Of a stretch of 64,000 nt of DNA, positions 50,320-62,639 are shown one piece after another. The notes under the pieces were generated by a model. It had not been told where the DNA came from. It ran no database searches and saw nothing but the letters and a program-made list of their open reading frames with translations. A program made the translations under genes and the position numbers. Where the stretch lies: assembly GCF_009834535.1 (NCBI RefSeq), contig NC_045696.1:62932001-62996000 (forward strand). The letters are read 5' to 3'. How positions within the stretch are numbered: the first letter of the stretch is position 1; each line of letters opens with the position of its first letter. The DNA is from Camelus ferus (lineage: Eukaryota).

Positions 50320-50690
50320 GAGAGAGCTTGGGACAAGGTCAGAAGGACTTGAGTTTGAATCTTGATGCTGCCACTACTAGCTGTGTGACCCTATGAAACT
50401 ACTTGACCACTCTGGGTCTTAGCTTCTCACTTGAACAATATGGGTGTACCATCTAGCTCATAGGGTTGTCCCCAGCAAGCAACCTAACATGTAGAGCTCC
50501 TGGTACCCACCAGGCGGAAGAACACAGTGTCCACTCCAGGTAAAGGAGTAATTTAACCTCATGCTGCCTCAGGTTCCTCATCGTTGGAAAGTGGATATTA
50601 ACAGTACCTGCTTCCTAGGTTTTGATGACTAAATCATATACTATGAAGAAACTATATACAACACCTGAGCTAGTCAATGTTAATTATTAC
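50320..50690 (+). mobile_element. Two MIR fragments
   Basis: gagtttgaatc..gctgccactactagctgtgtgacc...; cctcaggttcctcatc...aacagtacct. Confidence 0.8.
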
Positions 50691-50967
50691 CAAAATAGAT
50701 GCTCTAGGGAGTTGACCCTGCCCCGACTCCAGGCCTCCTCTGACTTTACCTGTGGTACTTACCTACAGGAAAAATGCTCCTTTAGAGCAGGAAGGTCTTG
50801 GATTCCAGAGAGAGTTCTGTACCATCTCATAGTCCCTGTAGGGAGCAGCCTGGAAGTCATCTGGAAAGTATAGCTGGACTCAGGATCTTTTGGTAACCTT
50901 GGCAGAGCTTGTAATGCTTTTACAATTTAAGGCCTATTCATCTGCTCTAGGTAGTAGAGCTAGCTCC

Positions 50968-51289
50968 TGTGTAAGTCAGTGTTCCCCTGAGAAGCAGAAA
51001 CAAGATATGTATACGTATTTATTTATTTTAAGGAATTGACCTCCCCTACCTCTGATTTTGGAAGCTTAGTAAATCCAAAATCTGCAGTGTAGTCCAGCAG
51101 GCGAGAGACCCTGGGAAGAGTCGCAGTTTGAGTTTAAAGAATTCCTATTGCTCAGAGGAGGTCAGTCTTTGTTCTAGTCAGGCCTTCAACTGATTGGATG
51201 AGGCCCACCCACATTATGTAGGGTAATTTGCTTTACTTAAAATCTACCAGTGTAAACTTTAATCTCATCCAGAAAAAAGAAAGATAAAG

Positions 51290-51364
<75 letters not shown>

Positions 51365-51483
51365 AAAAGAAAAGAAACAAACAAATGAAAAAACACCTTC
51401 ACAGGAAGCAGTCACAATAATGTTTGAAGATTTGGGCACCATGGCCTAGCCAAGTTTACAGACACATAAAATCAACCATCACA
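50968..51483 (-). mobile_element. ERVL solo LTR (MLT2-like)
   Basis: aggccttcaactgattggatgaggcccacccacatt...gacacataaaatcaaccatcaca; TG...CA ends; 5-bp TSD GCTCC at 50963-50967 and 51484-51488. Confidence 0.93.
51271..51393. repeat. (GAAA)n tetranucleotide repeat inside MLT2
   Basis: About 19 pure GAAA units at 51291-51366 with degenerate flanks. Confidence 0.97.
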
Positions 51484-52369
51484 GCTCCTTTCTTCCACTT
51501 TTCTTCTTTGTTAAAACTTCTGGATTCTAACTAAGACTTTGGGAGAAACAGGAACCTCCTTAACTTCCCATGGACCCAGGACAGATCCTAAGATCCTGTA
51601 AGGCTCACCCACTTCCTTTGAGATGACTTAGTATCAGCCTAGAGGATCATCAGTTGCAACTAGAGTTGGAGAAGCAGACCAGACAAGTGGAGTAACTTAC
51701 CACAGGTCATACAGCAGAGGCAACCCCACAGCCTGGGGCTCCTGACCAGCTCCACATTCTCAGAGTGGGTGTTGACTCCACTCGCCTAACCCCGAAAAGA
51801 AGAGCTCTTTGATGTCTACAGAGGCCTCTGGGTGTTCACTGCCATGTCTCTGAAAGATCAGCTGTTCCCAAAGGGAATCCTTCCAACCTTTTATTTCCAG
51901 CACACTCTTTTTCTTCCCAGAGGTATTTCTTCCTGCTGAACTGGACTGGATTCGGTTCAATGACATTAATTTGCACTGAGGAGACGTTAGTGATTTTCCT
52001 CCTTCAGATGGCAGGAGGCTTCCTGAAGCTTATGGTCAGATACGCTTTTCCTCTGCAGAAGTTTCCTCAGAAGAATCACAGAATCTTGGAATAGGCAAGA
52101 GTTTCTAGAAGAGTTTAGTTTATCCAATGCCTTTACTTTGTAGATGAAGGCTCAAAAGACCCAGGGTAGGGAAATAATGTGCCCCAGACACCAGGAAACA
52201 CAGCTAATCAGTAGCTCTCACCGTGTTTTTCTCCCTTATCTGGACTTGGTCTCAAGAAGGAGGAGCCTGGGTCTGTCTGCGGTAAGGGAGTGGAGAGGGC
52301 GGGTCCACTGGAAGCCGTCTCATAGTCTAGGTAAGATGCAGTGTGGGCTGGACTCTGCAGCTGCAGGAT

Positions 52370-52770
52370 GAGTGGGAAGGATGAAGGCTGAGCATTGTAT
52401 TCAGAGACAATTCTGAGAGAGAACTGAAGGGCATAGTGACTGGTTAGATGTGATAAGGGATGGATGGAGCTCAGGGTTCCTGTCTTGGTTGTTGGATGGA
52501 TAGAGATCACTACCCAGGACCAGGGAAATGGGTTGGAGGTGGGAGTTACAGAGGATGGGCAATGAACTTTGGATGCTTTAGGGGAGGTATTCATGGGATG
52601 TCCAGAGGAGACTGTCTGGTAGGCTGTGGGATGTGTGGGCCTGAAGCTTAGAGCACAGGACTGAGCATAAGATGTGGGATTCCACCAGCATGTTCTGGAA
52701 CTGAACCCATGAGACAAAGTCTCCACCTGGAGAGCTCATGTCCAGGTAAAAGCAGAACCAGAGCAACTCC
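52370..52770 (-). mobile_element. L2 LINE fragment
   Basis: gtgactggttagatgtg...tgaactttggatgc...ctgaagcttagag...aagcagaaccagag. Confidence 0.7.
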
Positions 52771-53536
52771 CAGGTCAGAGCTCATTCCACGAAGCCGTAT
52801 TTCCAAAGAGATACCTCCTTAAAAAGGGTTTCTGGGTTTATGGCCCACGTTCTCAGGCATCTCCTCCTTTAACCAACATCCTATATGTCTGTAGATGGGA
52901 CATTTCCCTCCCTATGCAAGAGGCAAATGTCCCTGGGTTTTTAGGAGCAGCAAGTCTGTTTGCTGCTTTCTGACTTGGTAAAGAGTTTCCTTGGAGTGTT
53001 GAGAGCTTGGATGTGGAGGGTACAGGTGCGACTGACACCTCAGTCTCCCTATCACCCATGGTGCTCCAGGCTGGGCAGAGCGTTCACTGAGGCCTTTGAT
53101 CCCTCCCCACCCCAGGAGGCCCAGAGCCCTCACCGAAGGTATAGAGCAGCCACTGAGAGGCTAAGTGGCTTTCTCCGGGGCCCTGAGTGCAGCCTAAAGA
53201 GACAATGTCAGTAATTTGTCACCTTGAGTTCTTTCCAGCTGCTTGGCAATTCATGTAAGATCCCCAGTGAGTATGTGTCCTGCTTTCTGGTAGGTTTCAA
53301 AAAAAAATGGAGGTCAAGAGAAAATGAAGGCATTGGTGAGATTTCTTAGATCAGTTGGCTTAACCATTTAAAAGAATTTTTTAAAAATAACTCACCCTGA
53401 GTTAGCAGAAATTCCATTCAGAAGGACTTTGGCATAGTAGCACGAGGTAACAACTCTTCTTCTGAATTGTACATTGTTTATTCAGTGCCAACAATGAACC
53501 AGACAGGTGATGAGCTAAAGTAAACTTCCTGGAGCC

Positions 53537-53546
53537 CACACACATA

Positions 53547-53598
<52 letters not shown>
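53537..53598. repeat. (CA)n microsatellite
   Basis: Directly visible. Confidence 0.98.
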
Positions 53599-53599
<1 letters not shown>

Positions 53600-53737
53600 C
53601 TCAGACATTAGGGAGTGACAGCAGCCTCATTTCAGAGTGGCCCCTTCAACAAGGAAGACTAAGAATGTTGGATCTAAGTCTCCAATTTGAAACCCAGCGC
53701 TCCTTTCAACATTGCATTAGAAGAAGCTGATGGCTAC

Positions 53738-54145
53738 TGTGGTAGCTGGTCTCGAGGATGGCCCCAGTGACCCCTCTCTGTGGTTGACACCCTTGAGTAG
53801 GTACCTCCTGTGCTGAATCAGGGCTGACCCTGTGGAACCAAATGAGTGTGGCAGAGAAGTGATGCTGCCGCATGATTTCTGAAGTTAGGTCATAAGACTT
53901 CCAGCTTCTTGTTCTCCTAGGATGTTTGCTCTGGAAGAAACCAGCTGCCATGTAAGAAGTCTGACTTCTCTGAGCCTGCCATGCTGTGAGGAAGCCCAAT
54001 CTGCCCACTTGAAGGGGCTACATGGAGAAAGAGATGCCAAGCTAGCCCCCAGATGTTCAAGCCATCTCAGCTGAGGACAAAACATGCAAGTAAAGAAGCC
54101 ACTTGGAACAGTCCCATGCAGTCAAGTCTTCAGATGACTTCAGGA
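53738..54145 (+). mobile_element. MaLR LTR (MLT1F/G-like), 3'-truncated
   Basis: tgtggtagctgg...gatggccccagtga...taggtcataa...ccagctgccatgtaagaagt...ccatgctgtgaggaagccca. Confidence 0.85.
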
Positions 54146-54164
54146 CTATTTTATCTATTACTGT

Positions 54165-54420
54165 CATTACGACCAACTTTTATGAACCACCATATTACTG
54201 TATGTCAGGCAATATACTAACCATTCTACATTTATTATTCCAATTGATTTTCACAAGAATCCTATGAGACAGTGCTTATTCTTATTCACTTTACCTATTT
54301 TACATATTAGAAAGGTTCAGGGACATTAAGTAATAAGCCCAACATCACACAGCTTGTAAGTAAAAAGATTAGGATTCAAACCTCAACAATCCAACTCCAA
54401 ACCTCATGCCATCACACATT
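54165..54420 (-). mobile_element. MIR SINE
   Basis: tactgtatgtcaggc...tcacaagaatcctatgag...catcacacagcttgtaagt...ggattcaaacc. Confidence 0.85.
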
Positions 54421-55534
54421 GCTCTGCTCTGTGACTAGATACAGGTGACTCAGGGGACTGACTGCTAACGGATGGGCTCAGATGGGGGGATTTGCCTTGG
54501 AAAGTCTCACTTTGCCCAAAGAGCTTGTTCTGGAAGGTCTGAAGCAGCCATCTGGGTTCGTGCTGAGTCTTCCAAGGACAAGAAATCAGGGCTTTCTGAA
54601 TTCATTCACATGCAGAAACAAATGGTTCTGACCTTTTCTTTTTAAAATGTTTTTCAAGGGAAGTCGGTGCTGCCAGCCGGGTCTAGATTGATGGCATCGG
54701 ATGCTGAGAAGTGGAGCCTCCACTCAGCATTACTTCATTTGGCACCTTGGGTAAGATCAGCCAGAGACTCAGTGGAGCTTGCAAATGCCAGGTCGATTGC
54801 TTATTCAGAACACAGTCTCCACCCCTTTTCTCCCCACTTTTATTGCTTTTCTCATCTGTGGGACATTGAGGGCTGCTTTAGATTTCCTGTCCTCAGAGCA
54901 GAAGAGAGGGAAAGAGCAGGAATACAGTCCTATGAAATCAGAGGGCAGAAATGAGGACAGGAAATAAAGGGTAGGGGTGGAGGACCAGGTCTCTGAGTGA
55001 AGATGCATGAACCAACTCTGCTGGACACTCCAGGCTGGGCCCAGGGCAGATACCAGGTGGGAGCGACACAGTCCCATGTCCCCAATGACATGGCCCTTCG
55101 TGGGTAACTGGGAGACACAACGCTGGGCACCAGGGGCTGCGGCTCTGATTTGTGGTGGCAGGTCTTGTTCTGGGCTGAGTACTGAAAAGTGTTGCTCTTC
55201 TGTGAGTGCTGCTGGTTCTCCTCTCTCTTTCCTCCGGCTGGGCCTTTCCGTGGTGCCTGCTCCCCACGTACGCATGCTGTCCTCAGCGCACCCTGACACA
55301 GGCACGGGGTGAGAGACATGGACCAGGAATGACACTGGGACACAATGAGAGGCACAATATCTCCTCTACTGATGGGAGGAGATGTTAGCCTGGTGGGAAA
55401 GTTCTCCCCATTCCAGCCTGTGCCCTGCCCCCCAGCTCTCCATCCCCCTCCGGGTTCTCCCCTGCTTCCCCCAGCCCTCTGCCTGCCCAGCTTTCATCAC
55501 AATAGGGGAAGCCTCTCTTCTCCACTCCCACTGT

Positions 55535-56195
55535 CATTGTATTCCCCAAACTTCAGTCCTTTAAGTACATTTTCCCCATTTTTCCCTCATAGCCACATAC
55601 CATCTGTACTATTATTTACTTATTAGTTTTCTTTAAATTGACTCTTCCTTTATACTTTATTTATTTTATTTTATTTTATTTTATTTTATTTATTTATTTT
55701 ATTTTTAATTGATTTTTAGAGGGGGAGGTATTTGGTTTATTTATTTGTTTTTAGAAGAGGTACAGAGGATTGAACCAAGGACCTCGTGCATACTAAGCAT
55801 GCACTCTACCACTTGAGCTATACCCTCCCCCCTTAATTGATTTTAAAAGTAAAAATATATGATGGAAAACCATCATCAGGTAACATAAATGAAAAATGCC
55901 TGTACAAATGAATACAATAAAAAGCAAAACAGTGCCATTAAATTTTAGCTAAATATTGTTGTCTACCAGGATCAAAGCTTGAGACTTATCCCATGTTTAT
56001 TAAAAGGAATGTTACTATCTGTTAAAAATGTGCCAATGAAAATTCTTCTTAAGGTAAACTTAAAAAGCCGAAGGGAATGAAACAGGAGAACTTCTTGCTA
56101 TGCAATTTAATGCTATTCAGTCTCGGGCCTGTGTCTCCCTAAAATCATTTCTCCTCCCACCCGTGGCCTGTATTTCATGCTTTGATTGTCACTAT
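55535..56195. mobile_element. hAT-Charlie element (MER113-like), interrupted by a SINE
   Basis: cccaaacttcagtc...ctgtactattatttactta..ttttctttaaattgactc...attaaattttagctaaata...cctaaaatcat. Confidence 0.75.
55717..55832 (-). mobile_element. Camelid tRNA-derived SINE (Vic-1-like)
   Basis: ggattgaaccaaggacctcgtgcatactaagcatgcactctaccacttgagctataccctcccc; TSD ttaattgatttt at 55705-55716 and 55833-55844. Confidence 0.9.
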
Positions 56196-56809
56196 TTTGC
56201 TCAGTCCTGCTGTGCTTTTAAAGACCAGTTCAGAGGCTCTTCTTGCCACTCCTGCTTATATCTTTCCCTCCTTTCTCTAAATATTTATAGTAATGGATAT
56301 CATTTGATAGTGAACAGGTACCATTTATTATGACACATTATAACCTAATTGTCACCTAACTGTTCTAGGGCTCCATGTTCTATTTTTACAGGGTCTCACC
56401 ATCCTAGAATACAGTAACTGTGAAGTTTATTTGGTGAGGGGTGTTGTCTGTCAGGGAGAAGGGGTGGGTGTGAAGGAAGAATGATGGGGATTTCACACAG
56501 TGTATTTCACGGTGCTGAGCACAAAGGTGATGTTTGATCTAACCCTGATGAATAAAATGTAATTCCTTGTTACTGCTAATTATAATTGTGTTGCTTTTAA
56601 GTTGATTTTTTTACCACTGTGTCAAATAATATTTCAGCTTGGCATGTCTATTTCATACAATGCACCATACCACACAGTTTGGGCGTAACAAAAGGAACTT
56701 GTAAGTTCACCTCCATCTTATACGAAGGCTGAGTTTTCTGGAGTTAGATATGCTAGAGAGGGATAGCTTTGGAGATTTATTAACTAACTTGATCCTTTAC
56801 TCTTTTATC

Positions 56810-57310
56810 GATTCAGCAAAACTTGACAGAGCACAGACCACCTGACAAACACTAGAGGAATAAAAATAAAGAGTAAGTTGTGTTTCTGAGTCAGAGAAGC
56901 TCATATTTTAAAAAGAGAGAAGACGTGAAAAGCAATCATTACAATCCAATGCAAACGCAGTAATGTGGGGTATCCACTAAGGTCTACCGGAACCAAGAGA
57001 CAGATTTCGATTCAGAGGAGGAGAGCTGGGAAAGTTGACACAAGAGAGATGACCTTTGAATTAAGCTTTGAAAATGAGCCAGACCTGTCGGAGAAAGGGC
57101 ATGCCAGGCCAAAGAGTGAGCAGGAGCAAGGGCATGACAGCCTGCATCTGGGCATCGTAGAGGTGGCGGTGACTAGAGGTGGTGAGAGTATGGAGTGTCT
57201 GGAGAGGGGACAGGAGATAGAACTGGAGCGAGAGGTAGGGGCCAAACTGTGAGGGTCTTTATGTGCCTGGCAGTGGGGAGTTGTTCAAGGTCCTTAAGTA
57301 GGAACGTAAA
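56810..57310 (-). mobile_element. L2 LINE fragment
   Basis: attcagcaaaac...gagatgacctttgaattaagctttgaa...aggtaggggccaaactgtgagggtcttt. Confidence 0.7.
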
Positions 57311-57314
57311 ACAG

Positions 57315-57804
57315 AGATGGTTAGTTACCTACTGCGATATTTATTCTCCCCTTTCTTCTTTCTTTTTTACAGAACATGCTGTTTAGCTTGGCCTATTAAT
57401 TTCCAAACCAAAAGACAATATTCCTCAGCTTCCTATGCAGTGGGGGGCAGCCACATGAATAAATTTTGACAGGAAGGAAATAAGCAGAGTATTGTGTAGA
57501 ACTTCTAGGAAGGCTGCCAAAAAGGTGATGAGTTAGCCAGGTGAGATCCCATCTCCCCTTACTCATTTTGTCTTCTTTTGATCTGCAGCTTGGACGTGAT
57601 GGTTGGAGTTCCAGCAACCCTTTTGGACTTACAAAGTCACCTTGATGATGAAAACCAAAACTGAAAATGACAGAGGAGACAGAAGAGCCAGCAAACCTGT
57701 GTATCACCTTTTCTTTTAGGTGAGAAATAAAGAAGTTCTCATGTTTAAATTATTGTTATTTGGGGGTTTTATAATATTCAGCCAAACCTAATCTTAATAA
57801 ATAC
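57315..57804 (+). mobile_element. MaLR LTR (MLT1J-like)
   Basis: cagcttcctatgcag...acttctaggaagg...gtgatggttggagttccagcaacc...gagaaataaa...cagccaaacctaatcttaataaataca. Confidence 0.8.
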
Positions 57805-57987
57805 AGGGAGTCATGACCTCTGATTGAAAGACTGTGTCTGATGACTCCAGTATCTGGATATGTTTTGAATCTGTTTATGTATATTTTTTTCCTCTTGGTT
57901 TTCATCGTTTGATTTTGCCTCATGGTATCCCTTGAAATTTTTGATCAAAAACCAAACATTGTATAGAACTTTACCACTGTTTTAAAA

Positions 57988-58152
57988 AGCAGTTACTAAT
58001 CACATGTAGCTATTTGAATTAATGTTAAAAATTCAGTTCTTCAGCTGCACTAATCACATTGCAAGTGCCCACGGCCACATATGGCCAGTGGTTGCTCTTT
58101 TGGTCACTGCATATTCTAGAGCACTTCCATCACTGCAGGAAACAGACAGTGT
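57988..58152. mobile_element. MER3/MER33-like hAT MITE fragment
   Basis: aaaattcagttcttcagctgcactaatcacattgcaagtgc...gccacatatggccagtgg...acttccatcactgcag. Confidence 0.8.
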
Positions 58153-59027
58153 GGGTACAGAGAATATATGATGCCCCAGCAGATATTATTTTCCTCCAGA
58201 GAGGAAACTCTTGCTTCTGACCAACAGTTAGGCTACCCCTTTGCTTTGATAGACCATCCACTCCAGCTTTGGTTTCTTTGGCCCCATGAGATTGTTGAAT
58301 GCTCTGCTCAGCTTCTCAAATTCTAGCCTGCCACTCACAAAAGGGCAAATGCCTCAAGGAGGCCTCTGTCAGCTTACCTCCAAGTACTTCCCTCCTTTCC
58401 AGGATCTTGGCCCTTCACATTTTTGGTCTTGATAGCTCTTCAATGACTTCAAATGGATTTTTTAAAACAATATGTTTTGTCTAATTTTCTAGTTATTATT
58501 GGCAGGAAGTCTGGTCTGATATAAGCTAGTCCACTGTCACTAGAAGCAGAAGTCACACCTCTGTTTCAGGCATATGGCTCTGGGGCCAGTGCAGGGAAAG
58601 TCCAGCAGGATATTCTAGATGAGAGGCAGTGAGGGCTTGAACTAAGGACAAGCAGGGAAGGAGGGGACAGATTTGAGAAATCTGGCCAATTTAGGAAAGT
58701 AGAGTTAGCTGAAATCAGTCTCAGATTAGATGTGGGATATGAGAGAGAGGAAAAGGAAAAGGAATTCAAGGATGGCTTTTGGGACATGGCCCACAAATGT
58801 CTTGAGCAACAGGGTGGGTGCACCCTTCTAAGGGTAACCTCAAGATGTAGGGCCTGGGGAGAATTTGTTCTGGTGCCTTGGAGTGGCCAGATCAAGTGTG
58901 CTGTGTACAGTGCCCTGTGCCAGTGATGCTGGAGATGCCACCTTTTACGTCTGGTGGTCAGTGTCAGGGCAGAGCCTGCCCAAGCTGGTTCTGTAGCATG
59001 AGTTTAGTGTGATTCTGGCTGCTTAAC

Positions 59028-59128
59028 CTTCTTCCTCTTCCTCACCCCCCTTTTTTTCTCCTCCTCCTTCTCCTCCTCTTCCTCTTCTTCCTTCTTCTTA
59101 TTCTTTCTCCATACTCCTCCTTCTTTCT
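59028..59128. repeat. (TCC/TTC)n pyrimidine-rich low-complexity tract
   Basis: Directly visible. Confidence 0.9.
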
Positions 59129-62100
59129 AGCTTTTCCAGCCTTTAGGGCTAGTCTCATACCCTTTGAACGACTCTGTTTTCTGTTTTTGGAGCCCATTTC
59201 TGTGGCTTGCAACCCAGAACTCATAAAGATGTGTACACTCATAACATCCAATTTGTACGTGACAGACGGCTTTCTCCCCATGGATTAAATTTCTCAATAT
59301 AACTTATAAGCACATTTGTCCTATTTTTCACATATTCTCAGAAGTAATGGGAAAGGCCAGAACAGAGAGATGAAGAGTGGGGCAGAACGGCTATTTCAAG
59401 CCGTGGTAGTATAATGAATACCTATTGCTCAGTTGAAACTATGAGAATGTCTAATATTTCCCAGACATTATGTAGCCTGAGAAAGAAAGACAGCTTATGA
59501 GTTTTTATTAATCTAACCCCTTCATCAATCAAGGTGAGATGCTCCCCGCTGGGGATGCTGAGCTAATTCTAGGGACTCGGAATGTATGACTTCCTCCCAG
59601 CCTGCTGCCATGCTGATCAAGCAGAGGCCAGCCCAGCATCTGCCCTTCAGCTGGGGGCAGCAGGCCCTCCACTGGGCCTGCACAGGGCAGGTCTGACCTG
59701 AGTGCCAGCACTCTGCTCCCTGCAGGTCCTGGAGGCTGCCCGGGGAGCCAACCATTCAATCTTGCTGAGACAGGTGGTCTAAAGTCGAAGCCCAGGGGCT
59801 AGATTTAGAGGCCAGATTTAGGGTGTTTTTTGCCAGTTGCAGCCTATCCATAGTCGAGCTATTGGCTAGAAATCCCTGGGAGGCACTCAGCCGGGCCTGG
59901 GTTCCCCTTTTGGAACCAATGCTGTGGCTGGGCTGGCCCTTGTGGTTCTTGTTATGACTGCAAGTTGTCATCAGCAATAACTGTCTGTGGGGCAGACCAT
60001 GAGCCTAAGGATTAAGGGCAAGTTCTAGGGAAGAGATTTGGATTTTGGAGTCCTTGGTCAGAGCTGACATCCATCTGATCACCCATACCCCAGACTCCCT
60101 GGTGATGGCCTGGCGCCGGCATGTGGGCTGCACCTGACCACCTCAGATCGGATTCCTGTTCATACTTACTCACCATCTTCTGCCAGGACCCCACCCCCCA
60201 GATGACCTACCCTGCCCTGTGGGCCCCTGTCCTCACAATCTGTCTCCCCCTGCCTCCTAGGAGCTGGAGTGCTGCCAGGGGCAATCCCGGCCATCTCAGT
60301 CCTCTAGCCGGGAGAAGACAAGGGCTCACAGTCTAAGGGGACTTCTATCTTCTCAGAGATGACTGTGTGGGCGAACTCACAGCCTCGTGAGGGCCACCCA
60401 AGAAGGCTACCAAAGCACATGTAAGGAAGGAGCGATTGTCAGAGGAAGTCCGTGTGTGCTGGAAGAACCCTGAAGAAGGTTGCATTAACTTAGGCCGTGG
60501 CCCAGAACCTGGCTCCCACCAGTGCTTAATTCACAACTTACCCACCTCCTCCCCTGCCCTGATCATGCTTTACTCATGCAGCCTTTTCCCCCTGGGATGG
60601 GAATCCCCCACGTCTCCTTCCCAGTGAACCAGGACACAGCCTTCAGCCAGTTCCACCATCACCTCCTCTGAAGTTTTCCCCAAGCCAGGATCGGTCCCCC
60701 TTCACTGGGCTCCCATGACCTCCTGGGCAGCCTTAAATCTGGGACCACTTAAGACATCCCCTGGAATCACGTGTTTGCTGGTCTGTCTCACCTGTCAGGC
60801 TGTAAACTTTGAAGGCCTTTTTCATATTTCTATGTCTGGTACCTAGTCCAGGGCTTGGCAAATAGGAACTTAATAACTATTTGTTAAATATGTACATGAA
60901 TAAAAGAATTACAATAAAAGAATTAGGAAAATGCCTTGGTCACATCAACAGCAGACCTGAGTCCAGTCTCTCACTCCCTGAATCACCTTGGGCACCTCGC
61001 TCTCTCCTCTTCAGCATCCTCATCTATGAAATGAAGAAGGTGGAGCCAGTTCTTGGGGGTTGTGCCCTATGAACTGACCTCACCCTACTGCTTGCAGTCT
61101 GCAAATAGAGGGATCCCAAAGACACGAAGCTTTAATAACTCAAAGGCTTGAAGACTTTAAAATCTTGCTAAACCAATACACACAGGGAAGAGAGGTTGGG
61201 AGTAGCAGAGGGGAGAGGGAGGCATTGCAGGTGCGGGAAGCAAATGTACTCTCATGGTATGTATTGAGGTGCGGTGGGGGACTGGCTTTGTCCCCTTTGA
61301 CCTCCCATCATGCACTAGGGTTACTTGTCGCATGTTCTGTGGAGACTTTCAGAAAAGTGGAAAATCTGTAGGGATGAATGACCAAGTCCCTTTGTGTCTC
61401 AGCTAGAGGAATGGAGGACAACAGGGCTGGCCCAGGACCTTGTGAAGGGTCTCCTGACTCTGAGTCCGGGACTTGCTGTGTGTCCCTGGTTTATTTGTGA
61501 GGCTTTAGAGGATGGACACGCCTGTCTTCCATATCTTCCAGGTGCTTCCTGCAGGGTTCTGTACCCAGAAGGTATTTCACAAACACTCAGCAGGAAAACA
61601 CCATCAGCCAAAGAACCTTGAAGGATTCTGTTCAGCGTACCGAGCAGTAGCAGCCACTTTGGGGAGACTTGGGGAATTTTGCAAAGCTTTGGAGGCCTGG
61701 TACGGTTCATGGTGAACCCGTAGGAGTAAATTGCTTGCCTCTGTGAAATGAGTTAACTCTCCCAGGGCACTAAGCGGTTAGAGAAAGGAGTCATTCACTA
61801 AATGGCCCCTTCCTGCCACCCAGGAACAAATGTGCTTCACGTGGGCACAGAAATCACATCTCACAGGAACATTTCTAAAGAGAATCGTTTCAGCAGGGCT
61901 GTTAGAGTCGTGACTAGAGCCAGCACTGTGCCACCACAGCCAGCCAGCTCTTGAAAGAAGCGGCACCCCTTTATTTTCATTACAGGGACCTTAGGCCAGG
62001 GTGGAGAGAGACTGTGCCTGTGACAATTCAATGTTGTCTTTTCCCACCCAGTCATTCTCAGGACTGGGAAACTGAGGCCCAGAGAAGAGAGGGGACCCCT

Positions 62101-62244
62101 ATAGCCATTCAGGGGTGGAGATGGGACAAAAGGACCCCTGCCTTCCAGGGCAGGCTCTGTCCTCAGCTAACCTCTGAGAGTCCTGGTGTGTCCTCCCTCT
62201 GGGTCACTAGGCTGTAATTGGATGCTCTTTGATTGCCCCTCATT

Positions 62245-62639
62245 ATTTTTCTCTTAACGCTTAAAAAAACTTTGGCTTGTTTGTTTTACTGAAGTATAGT
62301 TGATTTACAATGTTGTGTTAGTTTCAGGTGTACAGCAAAGTGATTGAGATATATATATAGTCTTTTTCAGATTCTTTTCCGTTGCAGGTTATTACAAGCT
62401 ATTGAATATAGTTCCCTGTGCTCTACAGTAGGTAATTGTTGTTTATCTATTTTGTATACAGTAGTTATATCTGTTAATTCCAAGTTCCTAATTTATCCCT
62501 CCCTTCCCCACCTCTTCCTCTTTGGTGACCATAAATTTGTTTTCTATGTCTGCGAGTCTGTTTCTGTTTTGTAAATACGTTCCTTTGTATCATTTTTTTA
62601 GATTTCACATGTAAGTGATATCATATAATATTTGTCTTC
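62245..62639 (-). mobile_element. 5'-truncated L1 3' UTR (cetartiodactyl type)
   Basis: tgaagtatagttgatttacaatgttgtgttagtttcaggtgtacagc...ttagatttcacatgtaagtgatatcata; degenerate TSD att(g/t)cccctca on both sides. Confidence 0.93.

Noticed and set aside
54805..55355. Stack of 100-176 aa ORFs on both strands
   Set aside because: No protein similarity recognised; multiple open frames reflect local GC richness.
57705..57726. Recursive splice motif ttttcttttAG|GTGAGA
   Set aside because: It lies inside an MLT1J LTR just before its poly(A) signal and is probably coincidental.
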